From a bacterium (GTDB lineage Bacteria; Patescibacteriota; Minisyncoccia; UBA6257; GWB1-50-10), in NCBI GenBank assembly GCA_021812365.1, contig JAKANQ010000002.1, positions 16,953-80,952 of the forward strand: a DNA stretch of 64,000 nucleotides, in the 5' to 3' direction. Shown here piece by piece: positions 1-9,708 of the stretch. The translations under genes and the position numbers were made by a program. How positions within the stretch are numbered: the first letter of the stretch is position 1; every line of letters begins with the position of its first letter. Under the pieces are notes generated by a model that was not told the origin of the DNA, searched no databases, and saw nothing but the letters and a program-made list of their open reading frames with translations.

Positions 1-130
1 TTCGGTAAAGATAGGGAGTCCTTTTTCCGGAGATCAGAGGAAGGTGTCCATATCCTCCTATGTTCAGGATAAACAAAATATGACCACTATAATAAAAACC
101 GATTCTTCGCTCTATATAAAATAGTTCTTT

Positions 131-1312
131 ATGAAGCCTCTTTATAAAATTATACTTATCTTATTCTTGGTCGTTCTTCTTGGTTTTTTGGGTTATTTCC
201 TCTGGAACAAATTTTTTGCCCCTTCTCCCGCGACCACACAACAAACCAACACCACTGGAGCGGCCGTTGATCTTGGTAATTCAAATACTCCGCAAGAAGG
301 CGGGGCCACAACCACCACAAGCACACTTGGAACCATTGTGTTAAAGAAACTTTCCGACGCGCCTGTTTTTACATTTTGGGTTTCAAAAAGTTCCGGAAAT
401 GTTTTTTATCTCACCACAGATGGAGCAGCTATGCAGGCGACCGAAAATCAAGATACGGAAGTCTCTAAACAGCATGTTTCTGGAATTATAAGTACCGAAC
501 CTTCTCCAAGCGGAGATAAGGCGCTTGTTTCTTTTGGCGACCCTAATGCGCCCCAATGGGCCATTTTCGACTCGATGGATAAGGTGTGGAGGCCGCTCTC
601 GTCCGATTTTATTTCTGTTTCGTGGGCGGGAACCGAGGACAAACTTATCGGCATCATACAAAAGAATGGCACCCCAATACTCGCATCCATCAACCTTTTG
701 AAGACGCCATATGAAGCGACCGTCCTTGTGAACAACTTCACCATGAAGAATGTTTCGTTCTTTGCAAAATCTCCATCAGAGATACTAATCTCGGAAAAAC
801 CGTCTGCGCTCTATAATTCGCGTGTGTGGCAGCTTGATACAAAGACGGGGATACTTACCCTTATGCTTGACCCCTCGTTTGGCACATTCTTACGCTGGAG
901 CAATAACAGAGATATTGCATTTAAATTCACATCTCCAAATAAATTTTCCATTCTTAATCGTTCATTCAGTGATATTTCCCCGCTCGTCTTCCCCACCTTC
1001 CCAGGAAAATGTGATGGGGGGGCGGACGTCGTCTTTTGTTTTGTACCGCAAGATACATCAATCTTTTCGGGATCGTACTCGCTTCCCGATGATTATTTCA
1101 TGAATAAATTCTATACCGTTGATTCATTACATCGCATTGACCTGCGCTCAGGGAGCGACTCTCCGATATTAATAAGCAATACGGGATCCGTACCGGCTAT
1201 TGACGCTACTAGTGTGGTAGAAAATAATTCGTCGATTTATTTTATTAACAAATATGATAATTACCTCTATGTTGTCCAACAACCGCAACAAGAAGCACCT
1301 GTTGATTATTAA
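131..1312 (+). CDS. Hypothetical membrane-anchored protein (N-terminal TM helix, Thr-rich linker, large extracytoplasmic domain)
   Basis: 393-aa ORF. N-terminal hydrophobic segment ILILFLVVLLGFLGYFL followed by a T/Q/N-rich low-complexity region. No recognisable catalytic motif. Confidence 0.5.
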   Translation: MKPLYKIILILFLVVLLGFLGYFLWNKFFAPSPATTQQTNTTGAAVDLGNSNTPQEGGATTTTSTLGTIVLKKLSDAPVFTFWVSKSSGNVFYLTTDGAAMQATENQDTEVSKQHVSGIISTEPSPSGDKALVSFGDPNAPQWAIFDSMDKVWRPLSSDFISVSWAGTEDKLIGIIQKNGTPILASINLLKTPYEATVLVNNFTMKNVSFFAKSPSEILISEKPSALYNSRVWQLDTKTGILTLMLDPSFGTFLRWSNNRDIAFKFTSPNKFSILNRSFSDISPLVFPTFPGKCDGGADVVFCFVPQDTSIFSGSYSLPDDYFMNKFYTVDSLHRIDLRSGSDSPILISNTGSVPAIDATSVVENNSSIYFINKYDNYLYVVQQPQQEAPVDY

Positions 1313-2687
1313 ACGGGCTCTTTTCGCTTCCGCACTTGCACTATTCCTTTTTATTCCATCACTCGCGTCCGCGAGCGATCCTGTGCCTCTTAATTTTGCG
1401 CCGCCCTGTCTTAATGTTCCGGGTATGCCTGACTGCTCTTCGCCCGTGACAACCGCAACGACATTCCAGGATTACTTGATTCGTTTGTATCAGTTTGCGG
1501 TGGGTATCTCCGGTATTGTTGCGGTGGGTATGATCGTGTGGGGTTCAATCTATATCTCCGCGTTCACAGAAAGCATCGACAAGAAAGGCGAGGGGAGGGA
1601 GATGATAACATCGGCCATCGTCGGCATTATGCTTCTTCTTGGTTCATATCTTTTGTTGCGCACCATAAATCCGCGCATTGTTGCGCTTGGTGAATCACTT
1701 ACCCCCCAATCCGTTCCTCAAAATACAACAGCCACCACCACACAACAAATGGGACCGGGGACGTGCGCCGACCCCGCAACAATCACAGGAGCCGCGCATA
1801 CGCCGATTGACTATAACGTCTATCCGACATCAACTCTTAATACATGCGCATATCGAAGGTTATACATATATAAAGACGGTCTTCGAATCTCAAGTGATGA
1901 TAATGATTACTACGATACCACATTGGGTATCAACGTGGATCTGAAACCGAACTCTATCATATGGGTGTATCCATATATGAAATCGGGGGACCCCGCCTCC
2001 GCGCGCTGTATCATCTATGCATATAAGGAGCCAGGGGATAAGGGCTCAACCTTTACCAGTCTTCAAGACACCATTGAACCCTGTATCCTTCCCCCTGACA
2101 AACAGCAGCAACCTGGCTATATGGGGGATGTTGGCGCGGGGGGCGCAGGAAGCGGGGGGGCCGCTCCCGTTGAAACCGTTCAACAAGCGAGACTTCTTGC
2201 GGGCGGAAGTATCAATTTCAGCAACAGCGCGGATTGTCGTCCAGCCGAATCTTCTGCTGCGGGCATAATCTCAACCCTTCAACAGGGTAACCTCCCCATC
2301 GTATGTCACCACAACTGTTCAACCGATGGAATTCCATGCGCCGCAAACGGAGTATATCCTGATGTGTCTATGCTGGGGTTTATGAATTATTTAAATAAGC
2401 AAAAGGTTTCCGCAACCGTCACCAGCATTACGGGAGGAGACCACGCTCAAAATTCCGAACACTATCAAGGAAACGCTATTGATGTGGTAACGGGCGGCGG
2501 TATTGATGCGTACAATGCGATCATCGCCAAAGCAAATACATATGGCGTGTCGGCATATTGCGAATATGCGGACCCCGCATACGGCGGAGTGGTAAAACTC
2601 CATCAAACGTGTGGCGCTAACGCGGCGGGAGTTCCTAATCTTCATCTTCATATACAAACAGCGCCTAATGGCAACGCGGTTCCGTAA
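1254..2687 (+). CDS. Secreted/membrane protein: N-terminal TrbC/VirB2-like (CPR 'T4SS pilin'-type) two-helix domain fused to a C-terminal LAS/M15-type zinc peptidase-like domain
   Basis: Signal-peptide-like N-terminus (possible TTG start at 1302 giving MIIKRALFASALALFLFIPSLASA|SD). Two TM helices (FAVGISGIVAVGMIVWGSIYI and ITSAIVGIMLLLGSYLLLRTINP) typical of the pilin-like family. C-terminal SEHYQGNAIDV matches the SxHxxGxAxD zinc motif of peptidase M15/VanY-like enzymes, with a later LHLH histidine pair. Confidence 0.55.
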   Translation: MIITSMLSNNRNKKHLLIIKRALFASALALFLFIPSLASASDPVPLNFAPPCLNVPGMPDCSSPVTTATTFQDYLIRLYQFAVGISGIVAVGMIVWGSIYISAFTESIDKKGEGREMITSAIVGIMLLLGSYLLLRTINPRIVALGESLTPQSVPQNTTATTTQQMGPGTCADPATITGAAHTPIDYNVYPTSTLNTCAYRRLYIYKDGLRISSDDNDYYDTTLGINVDLKPNSIIWVYPYMKSGDPASARCIIYAYKEPGDKGSTFTSLQDTIEPCILPPDKQQQPGYMGDVGAGGAGSGGAAPVETVQQARLLAGGSINFSNSADCRPAESSAAGIISTLQQGNLPIVCHHNCSTDGIPCAANGVYPDVSMLGFMNYLNKQKVSATVTSITGGDHAQNSEHYQGNAIDVVTGGGIDAYNAIIAKANTYGVSAYCEYADPAYGGVVKLHQTCGANAAGVPNLHLHIQTAPNGNAVP

Positions 2688-2696
2688 ACAAACAAT

Positions 2697-2722
2697 CAAA
2701 AACCCCCGCGATGGGGGTTTTT
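2697..2722. terminator. Bidirectional rho-independent terminator
   Basis: aaaaacccccgcgatgggggttttt hairpin flanked by A- and T-runs, between convergent genes. Confidence 0.6.
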
Positions 2723-2724
2723 GA

Positions 2725-3153
2725 TTATACTACAAGTTTTATCACCACACGCCTCTCTTTTCCCACCCCGGTGCTTTCTGTTCTAAGTTCGGGTCGGGAG
2801 GCAATCTCCATGTGCACCAACCTGCGCTCGTATCCGTTCATCGCGGGTAGTTCAACATCTTCTTTTGTTAGTGTCGCTTTGCGGGCTGCCGCGCGAACAA
2901 GCTCGGTTATCAGTCGCTCTCGCTCTTTCCTATAGTAATTGAGGTCTACTACGTGGGGGATGAGTCCTTCTTTCTTGAGTACTATATTCACCACATGGTC
3001 AATCGCGGGAAGGATGGTCTCTACATTATCTGCCACAAACCGGTCGTCTATGAGCACAATTACTTTCCTGCGCTCCTCATCTATGGCGATTTCCGCCTCG
3101 GGATACCCTAAAAGCGTTATTATTTCCTTTGTTTTCTCAATAATGGGGTTCAT
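2725..3153 (-). CDS. khpB: RNA-binding protein Jag/KhpB (Jag_N + KH + R3H)
   Basis: C-terminal R3H-like ...NGYERRLVHMEI... Located in the conserved position downstream of yidC in the rpmH-rnpA-yidC-jag cluster. Confidence 0.75.
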   Translation of the reverse strand: MNPIIEKTKEIITLLGYPEAEIAIDEERRKVIVLIDDRFVADNVETILPAIDHVVNIVLKKEGLIPHVVDLNYYRKERERLITELVRAAARKATLTKEDVELPAMNGYERRLVHMEIASRPELRTESTGVGKERRVVIKLVV

Positions 3154-3170
3154 GGTCGATTTTTAGTATA

Positions 3171-3848
3171 CTACTCGTCTTCGAATTTTGGCAATCTTTT
3201 GTTGATATACATCTGCTGGAACACCGAGAATATGCCGGAGACGGTCCAATATACACTAAGCGCTGAAGGGAGATTCAAAAGAATGAAGAAGGTGAACGCG
3301 GGCCCCACCACAGTCATTGTTTTCCCCATGGATGCGAGTGGGTTTGTCTCGTTTGTGGCGCTTTTTGGCTGCGAACCTAACATCATTTTTGTTTGGATAT
3401 ATTGCACAACCGCGGCAATGATAGGCAGCACAAATCCTTTTGAGCCGAGGCTAAACCCAAGAAACGTGGTTGTTGCAAACACACCGGTTGAAAGTTCTTT
3501 GGAGAACACTTGGAAAAGAACGATAAATACGGGGAGTTGTAGAAAAAGAAGCAGTATTCCTGAAAAAGGATTTAATTTATATTTTTTATATAAATTAAGC
3601 ATCTCTTTCGCTTGCATCTCTTTGTCGTCTTTGTGATCGAGTTGGATTTTTTTGATATGCGGCTGGATTCGCTGCATAAGCGCTTGATCTTTCGCCCCTT
3701 TATAGAAAACAGGAAAAAGAACGATGCGAACCGCTATGGTTAGAAATACGATTGCGAGCCCAAGGTCATGAAACGCGACAGTGTTGTAGATGAACACGAG
3801 CGATGAGAGGGTTGGTAAATAAAGATAGGTATTAAAAAAGGCTGCCAT
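3171..3848 (-). CDS. yidC: Membrane protein insertase YidC/Oxa1 (short form)
   Basis: Multi-TM protein with KKYKLNPFSGILLLFLQLPVF... typical of the YidC core. Conserved gene order next to rnpA. Confidence 0.85.
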   Translation of the reverse strand: MAAFFNTYLYLPTLSSLVFIYNTVAFHDLGLAIVFLTIAVRIVLFPVFYKGAKDQALMQRIQPHIKKIQLDHKDDKEMQAKEMLNLYKKYKLNPFSGILLLFLQLPVFIVLFQVFSKELSTGVFATTTFLGFSLGSKGFVLPIIAAVVQYIQTKMMLGSQPKSATNETNPLASMGKTMTVVGPAFTFFILLNLPSALSVYWTVSGIFSVFQQMYINKRLPKFEDE

Positions 3849-3897
3849 ATGCGCTTCATTGTACGGGGTTTTTGGAAAATAATCCAGTTTTTTCCTA

Positions 3898-4152
3898 TTA
3901 AAGGTTTTTCTCTATCGCTTTTTTAAGGTCATCGAAAGACCTTCGCGCGGCTTCTTTTTTTGCGATTATGGTTATGTCCGCGGTGTTTTTAGCGGCTATA
4001 CTTCTTATAATCGCTCGTATGCGCCTTTTTGTTGTGTTTCGTTCTACTGCTTTTTTTGAAACATTCTTTCCTACTACAACAAAAAGCGGTTTTTTTTGAA
4101 AACCGCTTGGTGTTTTTTTTATAATTACCAAAGATTCCTTTTTTTCAGCCAC
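3898..4152 (-). CDS. rnpA: RNase P protein component (short; start uncertain)
   Basis: RNR motif region AVERNTTKRRIRAIIR. Lies immediately downstream of rpmH. Real start probably GTG at 4152 or TTG at 4131. The upstream part of the 179-aa ORF overlaps rpmH in another frame. Confidence 0.55.
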   Translation of the reverse strand: MAEKKESLVIIKKTPSGFQKKPLFVVVGKNVSKKAVERNTTKRRIRAIIRSIAAKNTADITIIAKKEAARRSFDDLKKAIEKNL

Positions 4153-4169
4153 TTTGGTTCTTTTTTGCC

Positions 4170-4304
4170 TTAAACCGAGAGTTTTTTGCGGCCTTTCTGC
4201 CTTCGTCGCGCAAGAACAGCCCTTCCACCCGCCGATTTGGTCCTCCTTAAGAATCCGTGGGTGTTTCTCCTTTTTTTCTTTTTGGGTTGATATGTTTGGC
4301 TCAT
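4170..4304 (-). CDS. rpmH: 50S ribosomal protein L34
   Basis: Hand-translated 44-aa [47 protein letters not shown]. It is below the 60-aa cutoff of the ORF track and sits in the canonical position upstream of rnpA. Confidence 0.8.
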   Translation of the reverse strand: MSQTYQPKKKKRRNTHGFLRRTKSAGGRAVLARRRQKGRKKLSV

Positions 4305-4532
4305 ATGACTTTATTACAGACCATGATACCACATGCTTTTTAAAAACACAATTTTGTGGTTTTAGGTTTTGCGCCCTTGGAAAATATGTTATCAACAAAT
4401 AATGCACAATTAAAGCACAAACGTCGTGTTGTATCAATATTGAAAGTTTTTTGAATAAGCTTATGATAGATGAGAAGTTTGTGGTTTTTGTTTTTTATCG
4501 GATTTTTTAATTTATTTTTTACAAACATTTTT

Positions 4533-5915
4533 ATGGATCATCACGAACTTTGGAAGACGGTGCTTGGTGAGATCGAACTCCAGATTTCGCGTCCAAATTT
4601 CTTAACATGGTTTAAAAACAGTCAGCTTGTGGAAAAAAACGAGAAAGAGGGAATTGCTCTCGTGGGCGTTCCAAATAATTTTGCGAAGGAGTGGATAAAA
4701 AACAGATATCATAAGATCATTTTAGGCTCTTTGAGGAACATAGACGGTTCAATAAAGTATGTGAATTATGTCGTAGTGAATCACAACACGCCGCTCCAAC
4801 CCACAAAACAATCGAAGAAACAGAAAGAACCCGAGCTCACCGAGGAAAAAAACAATATTCCCATCACAGAGCTCCGCGTGGATCCGAAAACAAATCTTAA
4901 TCCGAAATATACATTCGACACTTTTGTGGTTGGTTCGTCGAACGAGCTTGCGTGTGCCGCCATCAACGCGATTATTGAGAGTGTGGGAAAGAAATATAAT
5001 CCTTTGTTTATTTATGGCGGCGTGGGGCTTGGGAAGACTCACTTGCTGCAGGCGGCGGGAAACGCGGTACAAGAAAAATACAAAGGAAAGGTGAATGTGC
5101 TTTACGTCACTTCGGAAAAATTTGTAAATGATGTTGTTTGGGCTCTCCGCAATAAGCGCGCGGAGGATATGAAGAAAAAATATAGGAACGTTGATATGCT
5201 CATCATTGATGATATTCAATTCATTGGAGGAAAACCCGCCACAGAATTGGAGTTTTTTTATACCTTTAACGCGTTATACGAAAACAACAAACAAATAATA
5301 ATATCTTCTGATAGGCCGCCCGCTGCGATTCCTACCCTTGAGGAACGTCTTCGTTCGCGTTTTGAAGGAGGAATGATAGCTGATGTCGCATATCCTGATT
5401 ACGAAATGCGGCTTGCGATATTGAGGACTAAAGCTCAATCTCACAACGTTGAAATAGACGAGAAAACACTTGAATATATTGCAACTAAAGTTCAAAAAAA
5501 CATTCGCGAGGTTGAGGGGGTTCTTAATAAGGTTATTTTTTATGAACAATACAAGCACGAAAAAATAGATCAAAAGAAACTTGATGATATCATCAATGAA
5601 ACCGCTCAAATCTCTCCGAAGAATATCACCGCAAACGAGATATTGAAGACAGTGGCTGAATTTTATGAGATATCACAATCCGATCTTTCGGACAGAGGAA
5701 GAAAACAAGAGGTGGTGGAGCCGCGCCAAGTCGCAATGTACCTTTTAAGAGAGATATTGAAGCTTTCATATCCTAATATCGGAGAAAAGGTTGGAAAAAG
5801 GGACCACACCACCGTCATTCACGCATATGAAAAGATAGCAAAAGAAATCACCACTAATTCCGCGCTTAATCAAAAAATACTTCTTATAAAAGAACGGTTG
5901 TTTAAAAACAATTAA
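4533..5915 (+). CDS. dnaA: Chromosomal replication initiator DnaA
   Basis: Walker A GGVGLGKTHLL. AAA+ sensor motifs. C-terminal DNA-binding signature ...KRDHTTVIHAYEKI. Start taken at MDHHELWKTVLGE (ORF track starts 63 nt earlier at 4470). Confidence 0.9.
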   Translation: MDHHELWKTVLGEIELQISRPNFLTWFKNSQLVEKNEKEGIALVGVPNNFAKEWIKNRYHKIILGSLRNIDGSIKYVNYVVVNHNTPLQPTKQSKKQKEPELTEEKNNIPITELRVDPKTNLNPKYTFDTFVVGSSNELACAAINAIIESVGKKYNPLFIYGGVGLGKTHLLQAAGNAVQEKYKGKVNVLYVTSEKFVNDVVWALRNKRAEDMKKKYRNVDMLIIDDIQFIGGKPATELEFFYTFNALYENNKQIIISSDRPPAAIPTLEERLRSRFEGGMIADVAYPDYEMRLAILRTKAQSHNVEIDEKTLEYIATKVQKNIREVEGVLNKVIFYEQYKHEKIDQKKLDDIINETAQISPKNITANEILKTVAEFYEISQSDLSDRGRKQEVVEPRQVAMYLLREILKLSYPNIGEKVGKRDHTTVIHAYEKIAKEITTNSALNQKILLIKERLFKNN

Positions 5916-6089
5916 GGTGTGGATAGATGTGGGTATAGGTATGTGCATAACACGGGGAAGAAAATAAAATTATAAAAAAAATCAACAATACCTTCCTTTT
6001 TCTCCACAAGATATTAATTTATTTAATGAGGCCTAGCGCGGAAAAATGACAATATCCACATATTCACAACTCTTACTACTACCACTAAT
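5916..6089. promoter_or_regulatory. Candidate oriC: DnaA-box cluster plus AT-rich unwinding element in the dnaA-dnaN intergenic region
   Basis: Four 8/9-9/9 matches to TTATCCACA/TGTGGATAA: tgtggatag at 5918-5926, tgtgggtat at 5928-5936, ttctccaca at 6000-6008 and atatccaca at 6052-6060. A/T-rich stretch at 5958-5990. Confidence 0.5.
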
Positions 6090-7199
6090 ATGAAATTAAT
6101 AATATTAAAGAATAATATAATAGAAGGATTGAATTCTGTTGAGAGAGCGATAAGTAACATTTCAAATCTTCCTATTTTAAAAAATCTTCTTATTAAAACC
6201 GAAGGGGGGCGAATTTTGTTTACATGCACCAATCTTGAGATCGCAATCACCCACACAGTGCCCGGAAAAATAGTAGAGGAAGGAGAAATCACAATTCCTC
6301 TCTCTGTGTTTGCGCCAGTAGCAAAAAATCTCAATACCGAAAGAATTTCTTTAGAAACAAAAGATTCTCATGTGTTGGTAACCACAGATAATTATGAAGC
6401 GACCATACAAGCGCAGAACGCAAAAGAGTTTCCTATTATTCCCGGAGTAAGCGATAAAGATAAGGTGGTAAAGATGTCGGCGGGAAAGCTTTTGGATGCG
6501 CTGCAAAGCGTGTTTATTGCAACTCAGTATTCGGAGATACGTCCTGAGATAAGCGGCGTGTTCTTTCATGTTTTTGATAATGAAGTAACTCTCGCAGCGA
6601 CGGATAGTTTTCGATTAGCTGAGCGGACAGTGAAGATTGAAGATGTTCAAACACAGCAAAACGATATTTCAATGATTGTGCCATATAGGACCGCGGAAGA
6701 GCTTTTACGATTTCTCACGAACAGTAACGGAGATGTTGAATTGTTCATTGAACAAAACCAAGTTCTTTTCAAAACAACTACCAAACAACTCATCTCAAGG
6801 CTTGTGGATGGTGTATTTCCTGAGTATAGAGCTATCATTCCGAAACAAATTCAAAACGAAGCAGTGTTGAACCGAGATGAGTTTATAAACGCGCTTAAAC
6901 TCACAAGTTCTTTTTCAGGGCGAGGAAATAACGTGACAATTACTATTGGTGAGAACAAGAAGTTTTTAGAACTTTCTTCTGCCGACTCTTCTGTTGGCGA
7001 AAATCATTACAAAATTCCTATAAAACTCAAAGGAGAGCCTTTCTCTGTTGTATTCAACTGGAGGTATCTTCTTGATGGATTGAAGATATATTCCTCGGAA
7101 GATATAACACTTGGAGTGAATGCAGCAGACAGACCCGCGGTCCTAAAAAACCCCACAGAAGCAAAACTTGTGTATGTGGTGATGCCGATTAAAAGCTAG
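6090..7199 (+). CDS. dnaN: DNA polymerase III beta sliding clamp
   Basis: N-terminus MKLIILKNNIIEGLNSVERAI...ILFTCTNLEIAI is typical of DnaN. 369 aa. Immediately downstream of dnaA. Confidence 0.9.
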   Translation: MKLIILKNNIIEGLNSVERAISNISNLPILKNLLIKTEGGRILFTCTNLEIAITHTVPGKIVEEGEITIPLSVFAPVAKNLNTERISLETKDSHVLVTTDNYEATIQAQNAKEFPIIPGVSDKDKVVKMSAGKLLDALQSVFIATQYSEIRPEISGVFFHVFDNEVTLAATDSFRLAERTVKIEDVQTQQNDISMIVPYRTAEELLRFLTNSNGDVELFIEQNQVLFKTTTKQLISRLVDGVFPEYRAIIPKQIQNEAVLNRDEFINALKLTSSFSGRGNNVTITIGENKKFLELSSADSSVGENHYKIPIKLKGEPFSVVFNWRYLLDGLKIYSSEDITLGVNAADRPAVLKNPTEAKLVYVVMPIKS

Positions 7200-7209
7200 T
7201 TTAATCAAA

Positions 7210-7236
7210 AAAAACCCCGTGATTCACGGGGTTTTT
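7210..7236. terminator. Bidirectional rho-independent terminator
   Basis: aaaaccccgtgattcacggggttttt hairpin between convergent dnaN and the PBP gene. Confidence 0.6.
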
Positions 7237-7245
7237 GGTTGTTTA

Positions 7246-9708
7246 CTAGTGATACACCGTTACCGAATTAGACGCCCAAATTCCTCCTTTTGTTTTTGTT
7301 TTTATCTCAATTTGATTTTGAGCCTCTAAAGGAAGATTTAATGAAGCTTGATAATGATATATCGTACCGCTGATATCACTTGCTCCTATAAGGCGGTTAT
7401 TGAAATATAATTCAACCCGCGCCAAGTCATCGTTTGATGATTTTAATGTTGCGTCTACAAGAAATGGAGCAGTCACAAAAACCGCATTTTTCGGTTCATT
7501 GATCGAAACCGATGCCAACACTTGCGAGGAAGGTATGGCGCCTGATTGAAAACCTGTGTTTACATACGAGCCAAGAATTCCAGGATTTTGTTTTACCCAA
7601 TTACTTACTCCAAGTTCCCAATTTGAAAACTCACTATCTCGCGCCGGATCGTCTGGCATCCCTCCAAGTGGATCTGTTTTGTCGACATAATAGAGGATAG
7701 AATGCGCTTGAGGGACACGAACACCGTTTATTATCGGAGCGTATATTGCTTCTCCATTCAACATGGTTTTTAAAGGGAGTGAATATGAATCAGGTGGATT
7801 GAAACGATCCGGTTTGAACGAGGGAAGAACCTCTTTCATAAAAGCGCTCCACATCGGCACCGCAGCTAAAATACTACTCCCTTGGCTTTTCATCGGAGTG
7901 TTATCATTATTTCCAGCCCACACACCAACCACCAGATCAGGAGTATATCCAAACGTCCACGCATCCCTATAATCCTGTGTTGTTCCTGTTTTTAGCGCAA
8001 CATCATATCCGTCAAACACGGTAAGGGGAAGGCTTGCGTGAAATATTGGCGAACGAAGTTCTGAGCTGGAAAGAATCTGATTTATAAGTTTCGGGTATTC
8101 AGGATCCACCACATTACTACTCTTATCCGTATATTCCTCAAGCACATTTCCTTTACTATCCGTTACTTTAAGAACGAGTTGTTGGTCATGTAATATCCCT
8201 TCTTGTGAAAGAACTGAATATGCTTTTACAAGATCAATAAGTTTAATCTCGCCGCCGCCCAAAGTAAGTGAAAGGCCATAACGCCACCGTTCTTTAAGGG
8301 TGGATATTCCAAACGTGTTGAGATTTTTTAACACATCATCCATTCCCGCAAGATATAATGTTTTTACCGCGGGGACATTCAGTGATTGAGCGAGAGCTTC
8401 TTCCATATGCACCGGCCCGCGGAACAACCCATCAAAGTTTCCAGGTCTATAACTTGTTGTTGGATCGTTTCTTGTGTCGAATTCCGTCGGCACATCAAAA
8501 AGAACGGTTTTCGGCGAGTATCCTTTTTGGAACGCGGTGAGATACACAAAAGGCTTAAGCGCGGAACCTGGTTGTCTTAATCCTTGTGTTGCCACGTTGA
8601 AATTGCCCTCAAAAAGACAATTCACCGTTGGAGTACATCCCGCTGGTTCCGGGTCTCCGAAGTAATCCTTAGAGCCCACCATTGCTAAAATTTGCCCTGT
8701 TTTAGGGTCTTCTGCTACCAACGCGCCATTTCGTCCATTGTAAAGTTCTGTGTTGCGTTGAACACCCTCCTTAACCGCCTTTTCCGCAGCAAGCTGAAGA
8801 TTTGTATCCAGTGTGGTAATCACATTCAGTCCGCCATTTTCCACCGCCTGCTCTCCATATTTATTAATAAGATAGTCTTTTACCGCAAGAGAAAAATGAG
8901 GCGCTGAGATGGAGCCGAGAGAGGGTGCTGCAAATTCAACTTTCTGTTTTTTTGCCGCAGCCGCTTCTTTCTCCGAGATGAAGCCAAGGCTTACCATGCG
9001 CCCAAGTACATAATCACTGCGCGCAAAAAGCTCTTTTGTGTGCGAACCCCAAGGAGAAAAATAACTAGGCGCTTGAAGCATGCTCGCAATAATGGACGCT
9101 TCGCGCGTGGTAAGGTCTTTCGCGTGTTTTCCGAAATATGTCTCGCTTGCCGCCTCCACGCCGTATGCATTCGATCCGATAGGAATTTGGTTCAAATAAA
9201 ATGAAAAAATCTCATCTTTTGAATATTTTGATTCAAGCTCTATCGCAAGGATTATCTCCTTCACTTTTCGCGTTATCGTTTTTTCATTTGTAAGTAAGGT
9301 GTTCTTTACAAGTTGTTGGGAGATGGTGGAACCCCCTTGTGATAGTTTTCCGGTTTTAATATCGGTGATGAACGCGCGCACAATCGCCTTCCAATCAAAC
9401 GCAGGCTGATTATAAAAATTATCATCTTCCGCGGCCAACACCGCTTTTTTAAGTACGTCAGGAATCTCACTGAAAGGGAGGACAGTCCTTTTTTCATTGC
9501 CATGAATCTCATAGATGAGTGTCTGGCCGGTTCTGTCATAAAGCTTGGTTGATTGGCTTACTTCGCGATTACCGAACTGATCTGGCGCCGGAAGCTGGCG
9601 CAACGTCACTATCACAAACACCGCCCCCACCACTAACACGCATACGAGGAAGGCGAGTATGGTCATTACGACAAGACCCGCGGCTTTTTTATTTTTTATT
9701 TTTTTCAT
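7246..9708 (-). CDS. Class A penicillin-binding protein (glycosyltransferase GT51 + transpeptidase) with C-terminal extension
   Basis: N-terminal TM. GT51 motif SQGGSTISQQLVKN. Transpeptidase SxxK (PGSALKPFVY). 820 aa. Confidence 0.85.
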   Translation of the reverse strand: MKKIKNKKAAGLVVMTILAFLVCVLVVGAVFVIVTLRQLPAPDQFGNREVSQSTKLYDRTGQTLIYEIHGNEKRTVLPFSEIPDVLKKAVLAAEDDNFYNQPAFDWKAIVRAFITDIKTGKLSQGGSTISQQLVKNTLLTNEKTITRKVKEIILAIELESKYSKDEIFSFYLNQIPIGSNAYGVEAASETYFGKHAKDLTTREASIIASMLQAPSYFSPWGSHTKELFARSDYVLGRMVSLGFISEKEAAAAKKQKVEFAAPSLGSISAPHFSLAVKDYLINKYGEQAVENGGLNVITTLDTNLQLAAEKAVKEGVQRNTELYNGRNGALVAEDPKTGQILAMVGSKDYFGDPEPAGCTPTVNCLFEGNFNVATQGLRQPGSALKPFVYLTAFQKGYSPKTVLFDVPTEFDTRNDPTTSYRPGNFDGLFRGPVHMEEALAQSLNVPAVKTLYLAGMDDVLKNLNTFGISTLKERWRYGLSLTLGGGEIKLIDLVKAYSVLSQEGILHDQQLVLKVTDSKGNVLEEYTDKSSNVVDPEYPKLINQILSSSELRSPIFHASLPLTVFDGYDVALKTGTTQDYRDAWTFGYTPDLVVGVWAGNNDNTPMKSQGSSILAAVPMWSAFMKEVLPSFKPDRFNPPDSYSLPLKTMLNGEAIYAPIINGVRVPQAHSILYYVDKTDPLGGMPDDPARDSEFSNWELGVSNWVKQNPGILGSYVNTGFQSGAIPSSQVLASVSINEPKNAVFVTAPFLVDATLKSSNDDLARVELYFNNRLIGASDISGTIYHYQASLNLPLEAQNQIEIKTKTKGGIWASNSVTVYH

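Noticed and set aside
4470-4532. First 21 codons of the dnaA ORF (MRSLWFLFFIGFFNLFFTNIF)
   Set aside because: Hydrophobic, AT-rich read-through of the origin region. DnaA homology begins at MDHHELWKTVL.
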